In this document: positions 23,369 to 35,770 of the stretch, piece after piece
Layout: every line of letters starts with the position of its first letter
Position numbering within the stretch: position 1 is the first letter of the stretch
DNA from: Nemertoderma westbladi
Taxonomy: Eukaryota > Animalia > Xenacoelomorpha
Direction: 5' to 3'
Length of the DNA stretch: 64,000 nucleotides
Assembly: GCA_032718475.1 (NCBI GenBank)
Contig: JAUCBJ010008928.1
Coordinates: forward strand, 120,760-184,759
Position numbers and translations under genes: made by a program
Notes under the pieces: generated by a model
Databases searched by the model: none
Told to the model about the DNA's origin: nothing
What the model saw: the letters and a program-made list of their open reading frames with translations, nothing else

Positions 23369-24884
23369 TCAATTATTTTAGAATAATTGAATTTCTGAAT
23401 TTTAGGGGTTACTTAGTTACTTTACTTTACTTTATTACCGTTATTTAAGCAGTAGTCCAACTGATATTCAGACCTAATTGTTGTATGACAGGCCTACTAT
23501 TTTATAAATCGGTTTGAGTTGATTTATAATATATATACCCGTTTAATGGGTTTTGTTACAATATTGGAAATAAATGTTATTATTTCTGGGAAGGAGTCAC
23601 TACACAGAAGCTGTACGCTCTCAGTGGAGTGCTACCTATTGTTTTGGACACTAAAACAAATAATTCTACTTGCCTAAGTTACTTATTACTACAAATTATG
23701 TACAATTGCGGGGTGAGATTACAATCTCTAAATAAACACAAAAATTACACGTACGAATTTTTTAGGGTTAATTTTACAAGAAATCTACAAACCAGCCTAA
23801 CAAGGAGTTAGAATATCTGGTTATTACAAACGGACAGGATACTACGGTATTTGAAAATAATAAAGCAGTAGTAAAAATATTGCGTTGTCTAGATAGGAAA
23901 ATACCACCGTCTGACGACTTATAGCCATAGCGCTATAAGGTGCTCTAGGTGTTCCTACCTAGAAGTTAATTACCGCAGCCTACTATAGCTAACGTGCCTA
24001 TTAACCACTTTACAACACAAATATACTGCCTACAAACTAATTACTTTCGGAAAGCACTGTACACTAAACCCTAAATTAGGTACAAGTACTTATACAACAA
24101 ATAACCAGCAGTTAAAAATACTTGTACAGCTAAAAGAACCACGGTATCTGCCAGAGTGACCAGAGCATAAAATCACCAGTCTTTACCTATGCCAAACAGC
24201 CCTGATGTAGTACCGGGGTTAATTTAACTATAATGGTATATATAACAAGCACAATTACTGTAGGAATAAACTTGGGGGTATGAATGTTGCAAATAATCGC
24301 ATAAACTCTGAATAATAAATATTACGCTACCCGTACAGACTACACAAACAAAATACAAACCAAATGCTGGCAGACTACTATCAAGCCTAAATAAACTACA
24401 GTATATGCAGACTCCGAAATGGTTAGTTAGTATGCGTTCTAACCGAGTAGTACGACTTATTCTTTCGGGGGGGATTTACCTTACAGCACTGGATGCCCCC
24501 ACTTTCCTAACTAGTACTTTATCGGACATACACTCTACACACACTGCAATCTCTTCGGACCTGACAACAGCCAGACAACAATCCAGCCTACAAATTATTT
24601 GTACAATTTGAGCGGGCTTACACGCCTTCTGCTCAATATTAACTTACAAATAAATAAAACTGACAGAAATAAGTAAAATCCCAATAAAAAACCAGGGCGG
24701 CCGTCCCTGATTAAATATCAAGACCTACCGGTATATAATTATCAAAATCGAATAATACTGATGTACCTGTACTGCTGTAAGTACCGGTTCAGGTGGTTAG
24801 GCAGTCAGGCCTACTGTTACCGGTCGACCGGTACTTTTCGACTTTATTGCCTACGTTGCAATAAAGAAAGCAGATAACTGTTAT

Positions 24885-26058
24885 TGTTCGCGCTTTTAGA
24901 CCTTTAGCAGTTTAACCTGCCAAATTTAGGTGTCTTCTAGGTTATAAATCGACTTTAGCCTATGACAAGTATTTGATACACATAAAGCTACATTAGCCGA
25001 AGCCAGCCTATGCGCGATCATTCACCCACGGTTAAGGGAGACTGGATTCGGATGCTCTGACCTTATTGCGGTGTAGGCCTACTGTACTATTCGATTGATC
25101 GTTAATATATAATCTCTGCCAAATATTATTCACTTTCGGGAAATATTAACAGTTCCTTTAGGACATGGCGCTCTAAGTATGTAAACAGAGTTATGACTTA
25201 CACTAAACACAACGGGATGGCTAATGATTTACGTATAAAGTGCATTCTTTAGGAAATGCTTTGTTATCTATCACACTCATGCACAATACCGCACACTGCT
25301 GCACACTGATCTGCCGACCTTCACTAATTTTAATCATATATAAGGAGAACAGCAACTGACACATGTAGGGTCTATGAAATAGCATTCAATTCACTCCAAA
25401 ACCACTATAATGTAAGTCGCAATTGCTATATGTAACCGGTCTCTCTAACCTTCAGTATATCAAGAAGATTGGGGTTTTCTGATTATTTATCGATATACTC
25501 CAAATATAACAATATTCCATCAACTGATAATAATTAATAACTGACAGTAAATAGCAGTAAAATAATGCGGCGTTTGTATGTGATCAGGTTTGTGATAAGT
25601 TCGTTAGATAGAATAACAGTTATACGTTTCTATGATCAAAGCCGTTCTAATGTTTGGCTAAAGTCTGAAACACAGAATAATTCCACAGCCGATGTTCTGG
25701 GCTCAGGAAAAAAGGTAAACAAAGACCATAATGCATTGCGCGATTTCCCGGAGGCGTCTGTGCAAATAAAATGAAAATCGCTCTGATTGGTCGAGCCGAA
25801 CAAAGAACAAAGAAAAGCTATACGTGGACATATCAGCTGTTAGATGTCGTCATCTGAACTACACTGTATCAAGAGTATTTTGGCGTATTGCGGCATAAAA
25901 TCGCTAGTTATGTCCGCTAAAGTACACATACAGAAAAATTGCTTTTTATGTCCACTAAAACACCTACACAGTAAGAAAACGGCTTTTTATGTCCGCTAAA
26001 ACACCTACAGAGTACTTTGCGGGAAAAATGACTAGCTAGATCCGCAAAAGCCTTTACA
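24885..26058 (-). mobile_element. 5' LTR of the - strand BEL/Pao family 2 copy
   Basis: Reverse complement of 17662-18842 (ends GCCTTTACA at 26058); lies upstream of the leader and gag on the - strand. Confidence 0.85.
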
Positions 26059-26349
26059 CCTAGCATTTTCCCTATCCCACACAGTAGGCCTATATTACCC
26101 TCCAACGGCAACAAAGATAAAAATAGATGAATAAGCATCCACAAGTTACGTTCTGCAACTGCATTGAATTGGAATTGTTTATAGAGCCGCTCTACCAGAG
26201 AGGTCACGTTCCCACGGTATTAGATTTTCTGCTAATCAATATCTAATAATGTCTTACACGAGCATCGCCATCGCCCTTATTAATATTCATTTGGAAGCAT
26301 TGACCCCTTGATGCATTGACAAATTGTTGAGGTGTCTATTAACTATTAA

Positions 26350-26584
26350 GGTGTCCCCCATTAATGTTTGTGTCCCTTATTAATGTTTGTGTCCCCCATT
26401 AATGTTTGTGTCCCTCATTAATGTTTGTGCCCCTCATTAATGTTTGTGTCCCTCATTAATGTTTGTGTCCCTCATTAATGTTTGTGCCCCTCATTAATGT
26501 GTGTGTCCCTCATTAATGTTTGTGTCCCTCATTAATGTTTGTGCCCCTCATTAATGTTTGTGTCCCACATTAATGTTTGTGCCC
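26350..26584. repeat. 19-bp minisatellite, about 12 copies
   Basis: (CATTAATGTTTGTGTCCCT)n. Confidence 0.95.
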
Positions 26585-27113
26585 TGGCCGCTATGCAGCT
26601 ATGGGCTTCCGTAGTTCTTTCTTAATTTAAGTTTTAACTTTCTTTTAATTTTAACCAAATAATGAAATATAAGTTTTAAAAAATCCTACCTATAATTAAA
26701 TCAAGTTTTTAATTTTTAAATATATAAATTTGTCCTATTTGTGTAAACCATAATTTTATTTCATGTTCGAGTTTCTGTAATTTAAGATATTTTTAAGCCC
26801 TATGCTCTACAGCCATAATTAAAATTACTTTACACGTGTTTTTTTTTAGGTACGATTTTAAGCTACATACTTTCGTTTACGTTTATCAACATTAATTATA
26901 ATTAGTGCTACGTAGTAGTAGGTAAGGTACTTTTGTTTCAGGTTAAATATTTTGACAGTAGTTTTATATTATGTCTGCACAGGTGCAATAAGCTTCTGCT
27001 TCATCCACCTCAATATTAAAACATAAACATTAAATATGGAACGCAAAATTTTGGCGTTCCAAACATAATATAATCTGGCGTCCTAAACGCAAAACGCCTA
27101 GTATTTCTACCGA

Positions 27114-27190
27114 CAAAATCGGGCGTTCAAACTGTCAACAAAAGGACAACATCGGGCGTTCAAACTGTCAACAAAAGGACAACATCGGGC
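27114..27190. repeat. Short tandem duplication
   Basis: ATCGGGCGTTCAAACTGTCAACAAAAGGACAAC twice. Confidence 0.85.
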
Positions 27191-27199
27191 GGGCCTTGT

Positions 27200-28150
27200 G
27201 TCTGAAACCAGTCTGCCTGTAAAATGTCTGTCAGACAGTGTCTGACTGTAAACTGCTAAAGTCTGACAGACACAGCTACAACCAGAGTAACCAGACAACC
27301 TACTGCTGTACTGACTGACCTACAAAGTACAGACTGCAGACTGACTGTAGGACTGACTGACTCTGACAGTCCAGCAGTCTGAGACCAGCTGACAGGGAAA
27401 GACAGACAGAACAGCAGAAAGAAGTACCGGTCAGCCGGTATAAAAGTAGGCCTACAGAAGTGGAAGTACTGAAGTAGGCGCCTATCTGCCTATCACTGTC
27501 AGACTGTATCAGCCTATTCCAGTTCCTATTGCAGTACAGGCAGACAGGTACGGTACAGACTGTCAGACTGACAGACAGCCGGCCAGGCTGCCATGCAGCA
27601 TGCAGGCGTCTGTCTACCAACCTACTGACTGACTGATGTCTACATCAGGCCTTCCTGCCTACTACCGGTACTGTCTGACTGTTACTGAACTGAAATATTA
27701 TATTTTGTTATATTTCTGTATTTAGATCAGATACTGATACGATACCGGTCTGCCGGTATTACCGGCTGACCGGTACATGTACAGATGTACAGATGTATTA
27801 CCGGTACATGTATTACTACCACTGCAGGGCTGCAGCATTACCGTAGCTGCGTATGGCGTAGGCCTGTAGCTGTAGGCCGTCTGGCCGTAGGCCTGTAGCT
27901 CAGTAGCTGTAGGCCGTAGGCCACGGCTGCACTGCCCCGCCTATTGCTATTACTGTATTATATCTGTAGGCTATATTCAATATTACTGCTGTACTGTCTG
28001 ACTGCAGGACTGTATTAGGCCTACATTATAGTCTGACAGTATTATACAGTTATACCACCGCTGCACCGGTACCAGGAGCCAGGTTGGAATTCATGCTGCA
28101 AAACTCGGACGCGTACACACATTACTGCATTAGGCCTACCTGACTGCCTG
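27200..28150. repeat. Degenerate low-complexity tract (CAGA/CTGA-rich) studded with TAGGCCTA, TACCGGTA and TACAGTA
   Basis: Visible short-unit degeneracy; ORFs here are compositional. Confidence 0.6.
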
Positions 28151-29135
28151 ATGCTGTGATGAGAATGACAGATGACAGAGGACCGCGAACCAGATGTGCG
28201 ATTGAGAAAAATGATTTGCCACAAAAAATTTCGCTTGCTTCGCTTGCGTTTCTTTGCATTTTGCACTTATCTGCTTATAGCACTAATCATCTAATTTGAG
28301 TTTTGCTAGTGTTTATTTTTCATTTTGCACTGTTAGAATAAAAAAATCTCGCTCACTTTGTGTTTTTCTCGCGTTTCTATATCATTTTGCACCAGTCGGT
28401 GATATAGGCGATTTTTGACTTATTCGAATTTTGGAACTTTGTGCGAGGGGTAGATTCCGAAATCGGAATAGGCCTACACGATTTGAACTACACTTGGATA
28501 CCGGTACATGTTTTGCAAGCGTTTCTCACTCGTTTGTACTCTTTTGTACTATTTTTGCACTCTTCATGCTCTTGTACTATTTTTGCACTTTATTGTACTC
28601 TTTTGTATTCTTTTGTACTATTTTGTATTTTTTTGTACAGATTCGTCGGACCCACGCTAGAAGCACAGCTGCAGCTAGACCCTAGACCAAGCTGCAGCTT
28701 GGTCTATTGTGACATTCCTGGGCTTCCAATTAGGAAGCCCTTTTTCGATCCCTAGATGGGGCACGCCAGCCTGGGCACGGTATGGTGCACGAGGGCAGCA
28801 CTGTTTGAGCACAGCTGCACAGTGCTTTAAACAGTTAAATGCTTCAGCCTAGACCATCCCTAGCTTTCATCCTTGTGACTGTGAGTGGTCGATAAATGGG
28901 AACCAAGGCAACTTTGGAAAACAAAATGGAAGAGGTTTACTATAAAATATCATCCATGGTGGTGAACAGGCATTCCTTGGCTTAATGAGCCTAAAAAAAT
29001 TATCCCATTCTATCAGTCAATATCATGAATTGGGGTGTTGTGTTAGCTATGATGGAAAATAAATAGACCTCTTAATCGTTTCAATATATTGTTTTAGAGT
29101 CTCATGTAGTCATGTGCTGCATACATCTCAACATA

Positions 29136-29558
29136 TTGTTACACAATGTTACAGTAAGCCACGTGCTGCGCGAAGGTCTCTTAAACATTTGAACAGCTTG
29201 TTATACAATGTTACAGTGCGCCACGTGCTGCGCGAAAGTCTCTCAAACGTTTCAACAGATTGTTACACAATGTTACAGCAGTACAGTGCGCCACGTGCTG
29301 CGCGAAGGTCTCTCAAACGTTTCAACAGCTTGTTACACAATGTTACAGTAAGCCACGTGCTGCGTGAAGGTCTCTTAAACATTTGAACAGCTTGTTACAC
29401 AATGTTACAGTGCGCCACGTGCTGCGCGAAGGTCTCTTAAACATTTGAACAGCTTGTTAGGCCTACACAATGTTACAGTGCGCCACGTGCTGCGCGAAGG
29501 TCCCTCAAGCGTTTCAAAAGCTTGTTACAATGTTACAGGCTTACAGCAAGACACGTGC
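29136..29558. repeat. 62-bp tandem repeat, about 7 copies, each with CACGTG
   Basis: TTGTTACACAATGTTACAGTGCGCCACGTGCTGCGCGAAGGTCTCTCAAACGTTTCAACAGC units starting 29136, 29198, 29260 and onward. Confidence 0.95.
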
Positions 29559-29560
29559 TC

Positions 29561-29780
29561 TGTTCACGCTTTCAGACCTTTAGCAGTTTAACCTGCCAAA
29601 TTGGGATGTCTTCTAGATAATAGATCGTCTTTAGCCTATGACAAGTATTTGATACACTACATTAGCCGAAGCCAGTCTATGCGCGATCATTCACCCGCTG
29701 GATATACCCGGGAGACTGGATTCGGAAGCCTAACCGTATTGCGGGGTAGGCCTACTGTATTATTCGACTGATCGTAATAT
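29561..29780 (-). mobile_element. Diverged fragment of the family 2 LTR 3' end
   Basis: TGTTCACGCTTTCAGACCTTTAGCAGTTTAACCTGCCAAATT...GGAGACTGGATTCGGA...GATCGTAATAT aligns with ~24885-25108. Confidence 0.85.
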
Positions 29781-30448
29781 TTGCATATTTATTCAAATTG
29801 TATACAGTAGAGTCCGGTACCTACTGGAACTGGAGTAGGCCTAATGTATTTTCAAATGTAAATTAGTGGATTACCGGTAGAAAAAATATTTTTTAATAAC
29901 AATTTTGATGTTGCATTTTCATTTATTATGTAGATTCAATGTACAGACGTACTACAAACTACAGTACTACGTTAAGCTTTGAAACGCTCAAACTTGTAAA
30001 ATAGGTAGGCCTAGGCCTAATAAAATTGTTCTTAGACCTATTGTTGCGATTTTTTGAGAATGCATGACAGCATGAGCTGCACGATTTTGTATGGATTATG
30101 ATGAGGTGCGCGACGCCGACGAGCCAATTTCAAGTGCGCGGTGATCGACAAAAGCGACAAACAACAAAAGCGTACCTGCGCGCTCCCGCTCATGCATGAA
30201 TTCCAACCTCGCAATTATACACTGTTATTGTTTTGTTATATACTGATATATATAGGCCTAGGCTGTACTTATTGCTATTTTAATAATAAGGCCTATATAC
30301 TTGTCCTATTGTACTTGTCCTAATAAGGCCTACTTGTCCTACTTGTCCTATTTCTGTAGGCCTACCGTACAGCTGTATTTATCAGTTTATTGCTTATTTC
30401 AGAATTTGTTATTTCGTTTTTTAACTGTTTATATTCCGTTCTCTACCA

Positions 30449-31765
30449 GTGATCCTGATCCATAGTCATAGTCTTTATACTCTTATAATGTCAATGTCTG
30501 ATCAGTCAATGTCCCCGGAACCTCGACGTTATGAGCCTCGCCGTGGGCGAGACCGTGATCGGGACTCAATATCCGATCGCGATAGAATAACCATCCGGTT
30601 GCTAATTGACACCCGTGATATTGGTTGTGTGATCGGGCGTGGTGGGGAGATTATCAAGGAGATCAGAAGTGACAGCGGGGCGAAGATAGGAATCAATAAA
30701 CCACAGGATCGGGAAGAAAAAGAGCGCGTTGTTTCTATTAGTGGCAGTGCTGACTGTATAGCCCATGCCGTTAAACTAATTGCACGTTATATATCCGATC
30801 TTGGGCATAAATCTTCTGATAATGATGGTGCAATAACCATGTGGATGGCAGTACCTGATCATTTCTGTGGAGCTATCATTGGCAGGAAAGGAGATCGTTT
30901 GAAGAAGATCAGAGATCGTGCTAATGTAAAGATTGCTATCCAGAACGACTTTCTGCCACATTCTACAGACCGCGCCATCAACATTACAGGATCTTCATCA
31001 TCTATTGCTGATGCTGCTGAAGATATCTGTGATGTGATTCGTGGAGTTCGTGAGAAATTCCCAGATATGGGAGATGGGCAACCCTACATCCCACTGGTTG
31101 AACGTGGTGGGCGGTATGGTGGCTCATCTATGGGTGGAGGTTCAGCTCCTTATGGTGGCTTCTATGGTGGGGGTGGAAGTTCTTACGGCCGAGGGGGAGG
31201 TGGTTCTTATGGTGGAGGTTCCTTCATGGGTGGTGGGTCGCAGCGTAGGACACCCCCACGACTCCCATCCCCACCACGAAGGTTTATGCAGGGTCGGGAT
31301 GATTGGAAATCAAATGTGAGGGAGACTGTTGTTCTAGAACTTCCCAATGAAGTTATGGGTGCAGTGATCGGGACCAAAGGAAGCAGAATTCGTCAAATTA
31401 GAGATGAAACCGACACTATTATCCGTATTCCGGAATCAGATCGTAAAGGCCGCGATTCTCTTCGGAGTATCACGATTACTGGTGTTGTTAGAGCCACACA
31501 GGCCGCGCTATTTCACATAAGTTCCGCAGTTGACGAGGTTGAGCACTCGCGTAATCTACGATTGCCTCGTCTTGATGACATGGGACGCAGCGAGCGCGGT
31601 GGAACACCATCTCTGTTGGATATCACCACCCGTCCGCCGTGGCTCCATCATGCAATTAGGATAGAAGCAACACGGGTTGCCACCGAATCTGATGAGGAAG
31701 AAGGCACTATGGAACGAAAGGGCGGATACAGAAAGCGGAAGAGATCCGATGACCGCGGTTATTGA
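30449..31765 (+). CDS. Three-KH-domain RNA-binding protein, hnRNP K/PCBP-like; intronless CDS (likely start ATG ~30488)
   Basis: KH GXXG loops IGCVIGRGGEIIKEIR, CGAIIGRKGDRLKKIR, MGAVIGTKGSRIRQIR; LPHSTDR after KH2; Gly/Tyr/Arg- and Pro-rich linker before KH3; basic tail RKRKR; AATAAA at ~31795. Confidence 0.9.
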   Translation: MILIHSHSLYTLIMSMSDQSMSPEPRRYEPRRGRDRDRDSISDRDRITIRLLIDTRDIGCVIGRGGEIIKEIRSDSGAKIGINKPQDREEKERVVSISGSADCIAHAVKLIARYISDLGHKSSDNDGAITMWMAVPDHFCGAIIGRKGDRLKKIRDRANVKIAIQNDFLPHSTDRAINITGSSSSIADAAEDICDVIRGVREKFPDMGDGQPYIPLVERGGRYGGSSMGGGSAPYGGFYGGGGSSYGRGGGGSYGGGSFMGGGSQRRTPPRLPSPPRRFMQGRDDWKSNVRETVVLELPNEVMGAVIGTKGSRIRQIRDETDTIIRIPESDRKGRDSLRSITITGVVRATQAALFHISSAVDEVEHSRNLRLPRLDDMGRSERGGTPSLLDITTRPPWLHHAIRIEATRVATESDEEEGTMERKGGYRKRKRSDDRGY

Positions 31766-33365
31766 ATGCACTAATACGAATGTTCTTAAAGAAGAATAAA
31801 CAAACCTATTATTAGTACTACCCATTGGTAATCATCTCAACTCCTTAACTCCTATCCCACGTGGTGTTTCTGTTCCTATAAACCTACCATTGATAGATTT
31901 CCTTTCCTTACCATTTAGGCCCTAGTCACAGAGTTGGAATTCGTATTAATAGTTTCCTTTGGTGTGGTTGAGACTGGTAGAGTCCGATTGGGAACTCTTT
32001 GGGTGAAGGACGCTTATTTTTTAACCGTTACGTTTTTGATTCATTCAACTTTGTGGCTGTATTCCTTCCTGTGTTTACTCCTTACCTTACCTACCATTCT
32101 ATGTAGCCAATGGTCATCACCAATCTGTGTATCAATTCGGTTTCCTTAATGTTACTATATCGATCAACGTGTGGCAGTGAACCTCCTATTTTTCAACTCT
32201 TGTTCCTATATGCTACCATATCCCAACCCACCCGCAAATACTTCCCAACCCAATTACAGTTTCTTAAAAATCCAAGCCATAATCCGCATTATCTCAACTC
32301 AACTAGAAAAACCACTCCAATTATCGTATTATATTCCCACCATAATAAGCCACACATGACATACCATCCCATCATTCCACTCGTAACAGCAACAATAACC
32401 GATTCCTTAATAATCTGACTATAATATATATATCCTTCCACTTCATATCCTAACCAATCAAAATCTAATCCAATTCAAATTCGATAAATCAATCCTATCC
32501 AAAATAACCAATCCTTATCAGCTCTCCAGTTTAGCTTAGACCCATCTCCTCAGAATAACAGCTCTATTACCCAAACCAAACCTTATCCAACAATAGCTCA
32601 CTGATTAATTACCTGATCCAATCAAACCTATTTCGAAGTTGCACTATTATTTGGAAATTCCTTAAAAGATCCAAAGCTGAGAAATTGATAAGTTTGCCAT
32701 TATTGCTTTATAATTGGTATATAATTATATATATACTGGTATATATAAATATTATGTTACCAATCCAACATATACCATCAACCATCCAATACACATACCA
32801 TCCTTAAACCCCGTTCGGGGAACATTGGTACAACCATAACCTTCTCGGAATTATTTACCGGTATATCAGCAGACCCACCAACCATTATAGTGGCTGTACC
32901 ATTCACAACATGTCCTGGTATACCGGTACCATTATGACCTTTCTAGGTATACCGCTACAACCATAACCTTTCACGCTTAATGCCTACCACACGCTACCAG
33001 CCTAAACCAACCTTCCTGGCTGTACCAGTAACAACATACCGGTACCGGTACCATTTCGGTCGGGCATTCCATTAACGTTGGCATTCCTAATCCAGAAAAA
33101 TGGATATACACCGTGAAGGTTAGAATTTATTTCGAAATGGATATGAAATGAGACTGAGTTTATAAACTGTATTAAGATTTCCATAAATATTTTAAATTTT
33201 ATAAATGGACTGGGGTAAATTATTATAACGGGTAAATATTATATATATTATTTTATTTATCATCCGAAATACGCCCCTGTGGCTATAATTAATATAATGG
33301 TTGGCCAAGATATATATATATATATATATTCCCAAGGCAAGGTCTTATATTGTGTAGCAGCCCAG

Positions 33366-33550
33366 GCCCATTCTCACCGAAATTGGCCAAATGGGTGTCC
33401 GATGCCATAACTTGTGTTTATGGCGGTTCTAGAAAATGTTTGATGGGCTGGATAACTGGACATTCGTTTTCAGTAGTATTTGTATGCATACAATGTAGTT
33501 GATAAACCAATAGTAACATGGCAAGGCTTTGTCTAACATGAATAATTTTT
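33366..33550. mobile_element. Truncated, internally deleted copy of the TIR element at 62148-63344
   Basis: GGCCCATTCTCACCGAAATTGGCCAAATGGGTGTCC...GCCATAACTT matches 62150 onward, then jumps to the match of ~62440-62495. Confidence 0.8.
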
Positions 33551-33736
33551 GGTATAAGGTTCAATCGATAACTGAAGATTGTTTAAAAAACAATTTTTTG
33601 TAATATAGTTATTATAATATATTTAGTGCTATTTAGTATCATAAAATTATTACTATTACTAAAAACACTAATCTTCGAACAAACATTAGTTATATAACTA
33701 GTTATTAGTAGTACTTATACAATAATTGGAATCGCG

Positions 33737-34125
33737 GTAACTATGGAAGCAATATAGTAAAATACTACAGTTCAATTTATTTTGTAATGAAATTTCGTTA
33801 TGTTCTATATTTAATTAATGAATTACAAAACAAAAAAGATTAAATTTAAGAAGAATAATTATTTATGGTAAAAAAATTGGAACTTTTTTTCACTATTCTC
33901 GAGGCATTTTATTTACCGAGCGTCAGCGAGGTTAATAAAGGGTCAAGAGAATATTTAAAAAAAAATTTTTTTTTTTTCTTAAATTTTTTTCCCATGTATA
34001 TAATACTAATTTTATTCTTAAATTGGTACTTTTTTTGTTGCTCAATTCTTTAATAAAACGTACAGCGATATAGTGGTACAAAATAAATTGAACTGCAGTA
34101 TTTTACTATATTGCTTCCATAGTTA
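33737..34125. mobile_element. MITE-like element with ~50-bp inverted repeats
   Basis: GTAACTATGGAAGCAATATAGTAAAATACTACAGTTCAATTTATTTTGTA and its reverse complement at ~34076-34125; related pieces at ~34956 and ~59030-59160. Confidence 0.75.
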
Positions 34126-35770
34126 CTGTAATTTAAATTACTGTACTCTTCAACTCCTGATGCCGCCTTACTCAATGTTAAATAAATTAGTGTTATCGAA
34201 TATTTATTACGTAACTAGAGAGCCTCTTAACAATATAAACTAATATTGGATATGGAGTTCCGTTATGGAATTCGCCTTGCAGACACTAAATTTGCAATAA
34301 CTTTGAGTGCGTGAATGAATGGATTTTGCTTTGATTGATTTGAATAAATTATGATGTATTCTTAAATCTGAAGTTTAATTTTCCAAGACCTACAAAATGC
34401 ATCTTTTAAATTCCCTATCTACTTCCAAAAATTTGAAACGTACCGGTATGTAAAATAAAACGTGTTCCTAAATTACATTTGAGTGGAAATAACAAATATG
34501 CAGGGTATTAGTAAGTCAGTCACAGTCTAATTATATTATTAATTGTGTCCCTTCAGTTTAGTTTAAAATGTCAAAGAGCCCACCTGCTATTAAATCTTAC
34601 TTTTTTTCACAAAAAAAGCCTAAAATCGTGGGAAAATAAGTATTTTTTTCTCTAGTGAAAATGGAACACAAGTTTACATTAATGTTTTCCTCAAAAATAT
34701 ATTTGGTTGAAATGATGTAGAAAATCCACCGATGTAGAAAAGGTTGGTTTGCACGCGATTTGAGCAAAATCCTTTCACACTCAAAAGACTAAAAGCTGAG
34801 GGCAAGGCGTGCTCCAAAACGGAACTCAATATTCTTTATTAATTTTATGTAGTTTAGCTGGTCTATATAAATAAATACTCCAGAACTTTAAATTATTTAA
34901 CATTGAGTTAGGCAGCATCTGGAGTTCAAGAGTCCAATTAATACTTCGCATAGTAGTAACTATGGAAGCAATATAGTAAAATATAACATTTGTTTTCAAC
35001 AAGGCGTTCTAGAAATGCAGCCGTGCGGGACTGGAGGCGGACTGGAGGCAAACTATTCTTTGTTAAATTTCACTAATTATAATCACTCATTTTACGAATG
35101 CTATAACAAATTTTAGAAAATTATATTCTGGAAATATAATTATTATAAATTCATTAATTTTGTGTTATAAATGTTTTCGATAAGGAGTAATAAATTTACT
35201 AGCTAATTTGAATGTTTAAGTTTCAAAGCAAAAACACACTAGAAATTTAATGTAAATTCCAAATTAAAACATTTCTCCATAAAGTGAACTTTAATTTGTG
35301 TTCCTCTAACGCTAACCCATCAAATTGATTGCATGTTAAATATTATAGAACGTTAGCTGATACCAAATATTATATATTTAGCAAAAAATTTGCGTTAATA
35401 AATATCGTTATAATGTGTCTCCATTTTTTTAGAACCGTTTTTTGCTATTTTCTGAAGTCTTTTGTGGAAATTATCTTTCTCATTTGATAGGTGGGCCTTC
35501 AAATTTTCGGCAATAATGCCAGTACATTTTTTTTCTACAAAGGTCTTAGGTTCTCAAAGGTTATGTCATTCCTCGTCAATTTAAGAGCGACGATGTTGAA
35601 AGCAGTTTTCGGTCGTTTGCGACAAGGATGTGGTGGAGCTGTATGTGTATATATCATACCACAATCAGAAATAGAGAAGTTCTGGATAAATACCACAAAG
35701 CTTAACTTCTCGAACAGTAGGTTGATATATTTCCTCATGGTGACACTAATAATTATTATATAATACTTAA

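Noticed and set aside
17662-26058. Reading the long inverted repeats as TIRs of a Polinton or DIRS element
   Set aside because: Repeats start with TG after a PPT and enclose BEL gag; no pPolB, tyrosine recombinase or TSD seen.
26350-26584. CRISPR-like appearance of this and the 22-bp (49183) and 62-bp (29136) arrays
   Set aside because: Units are contiguous with no unique spacers, no cas genes, eukaryotic context.
26100-33300. KH gene captured inside a single large DNA transposon
   Set aside because: No matching TIR pair, TSD or Helitron ends found around it by eye; left open.
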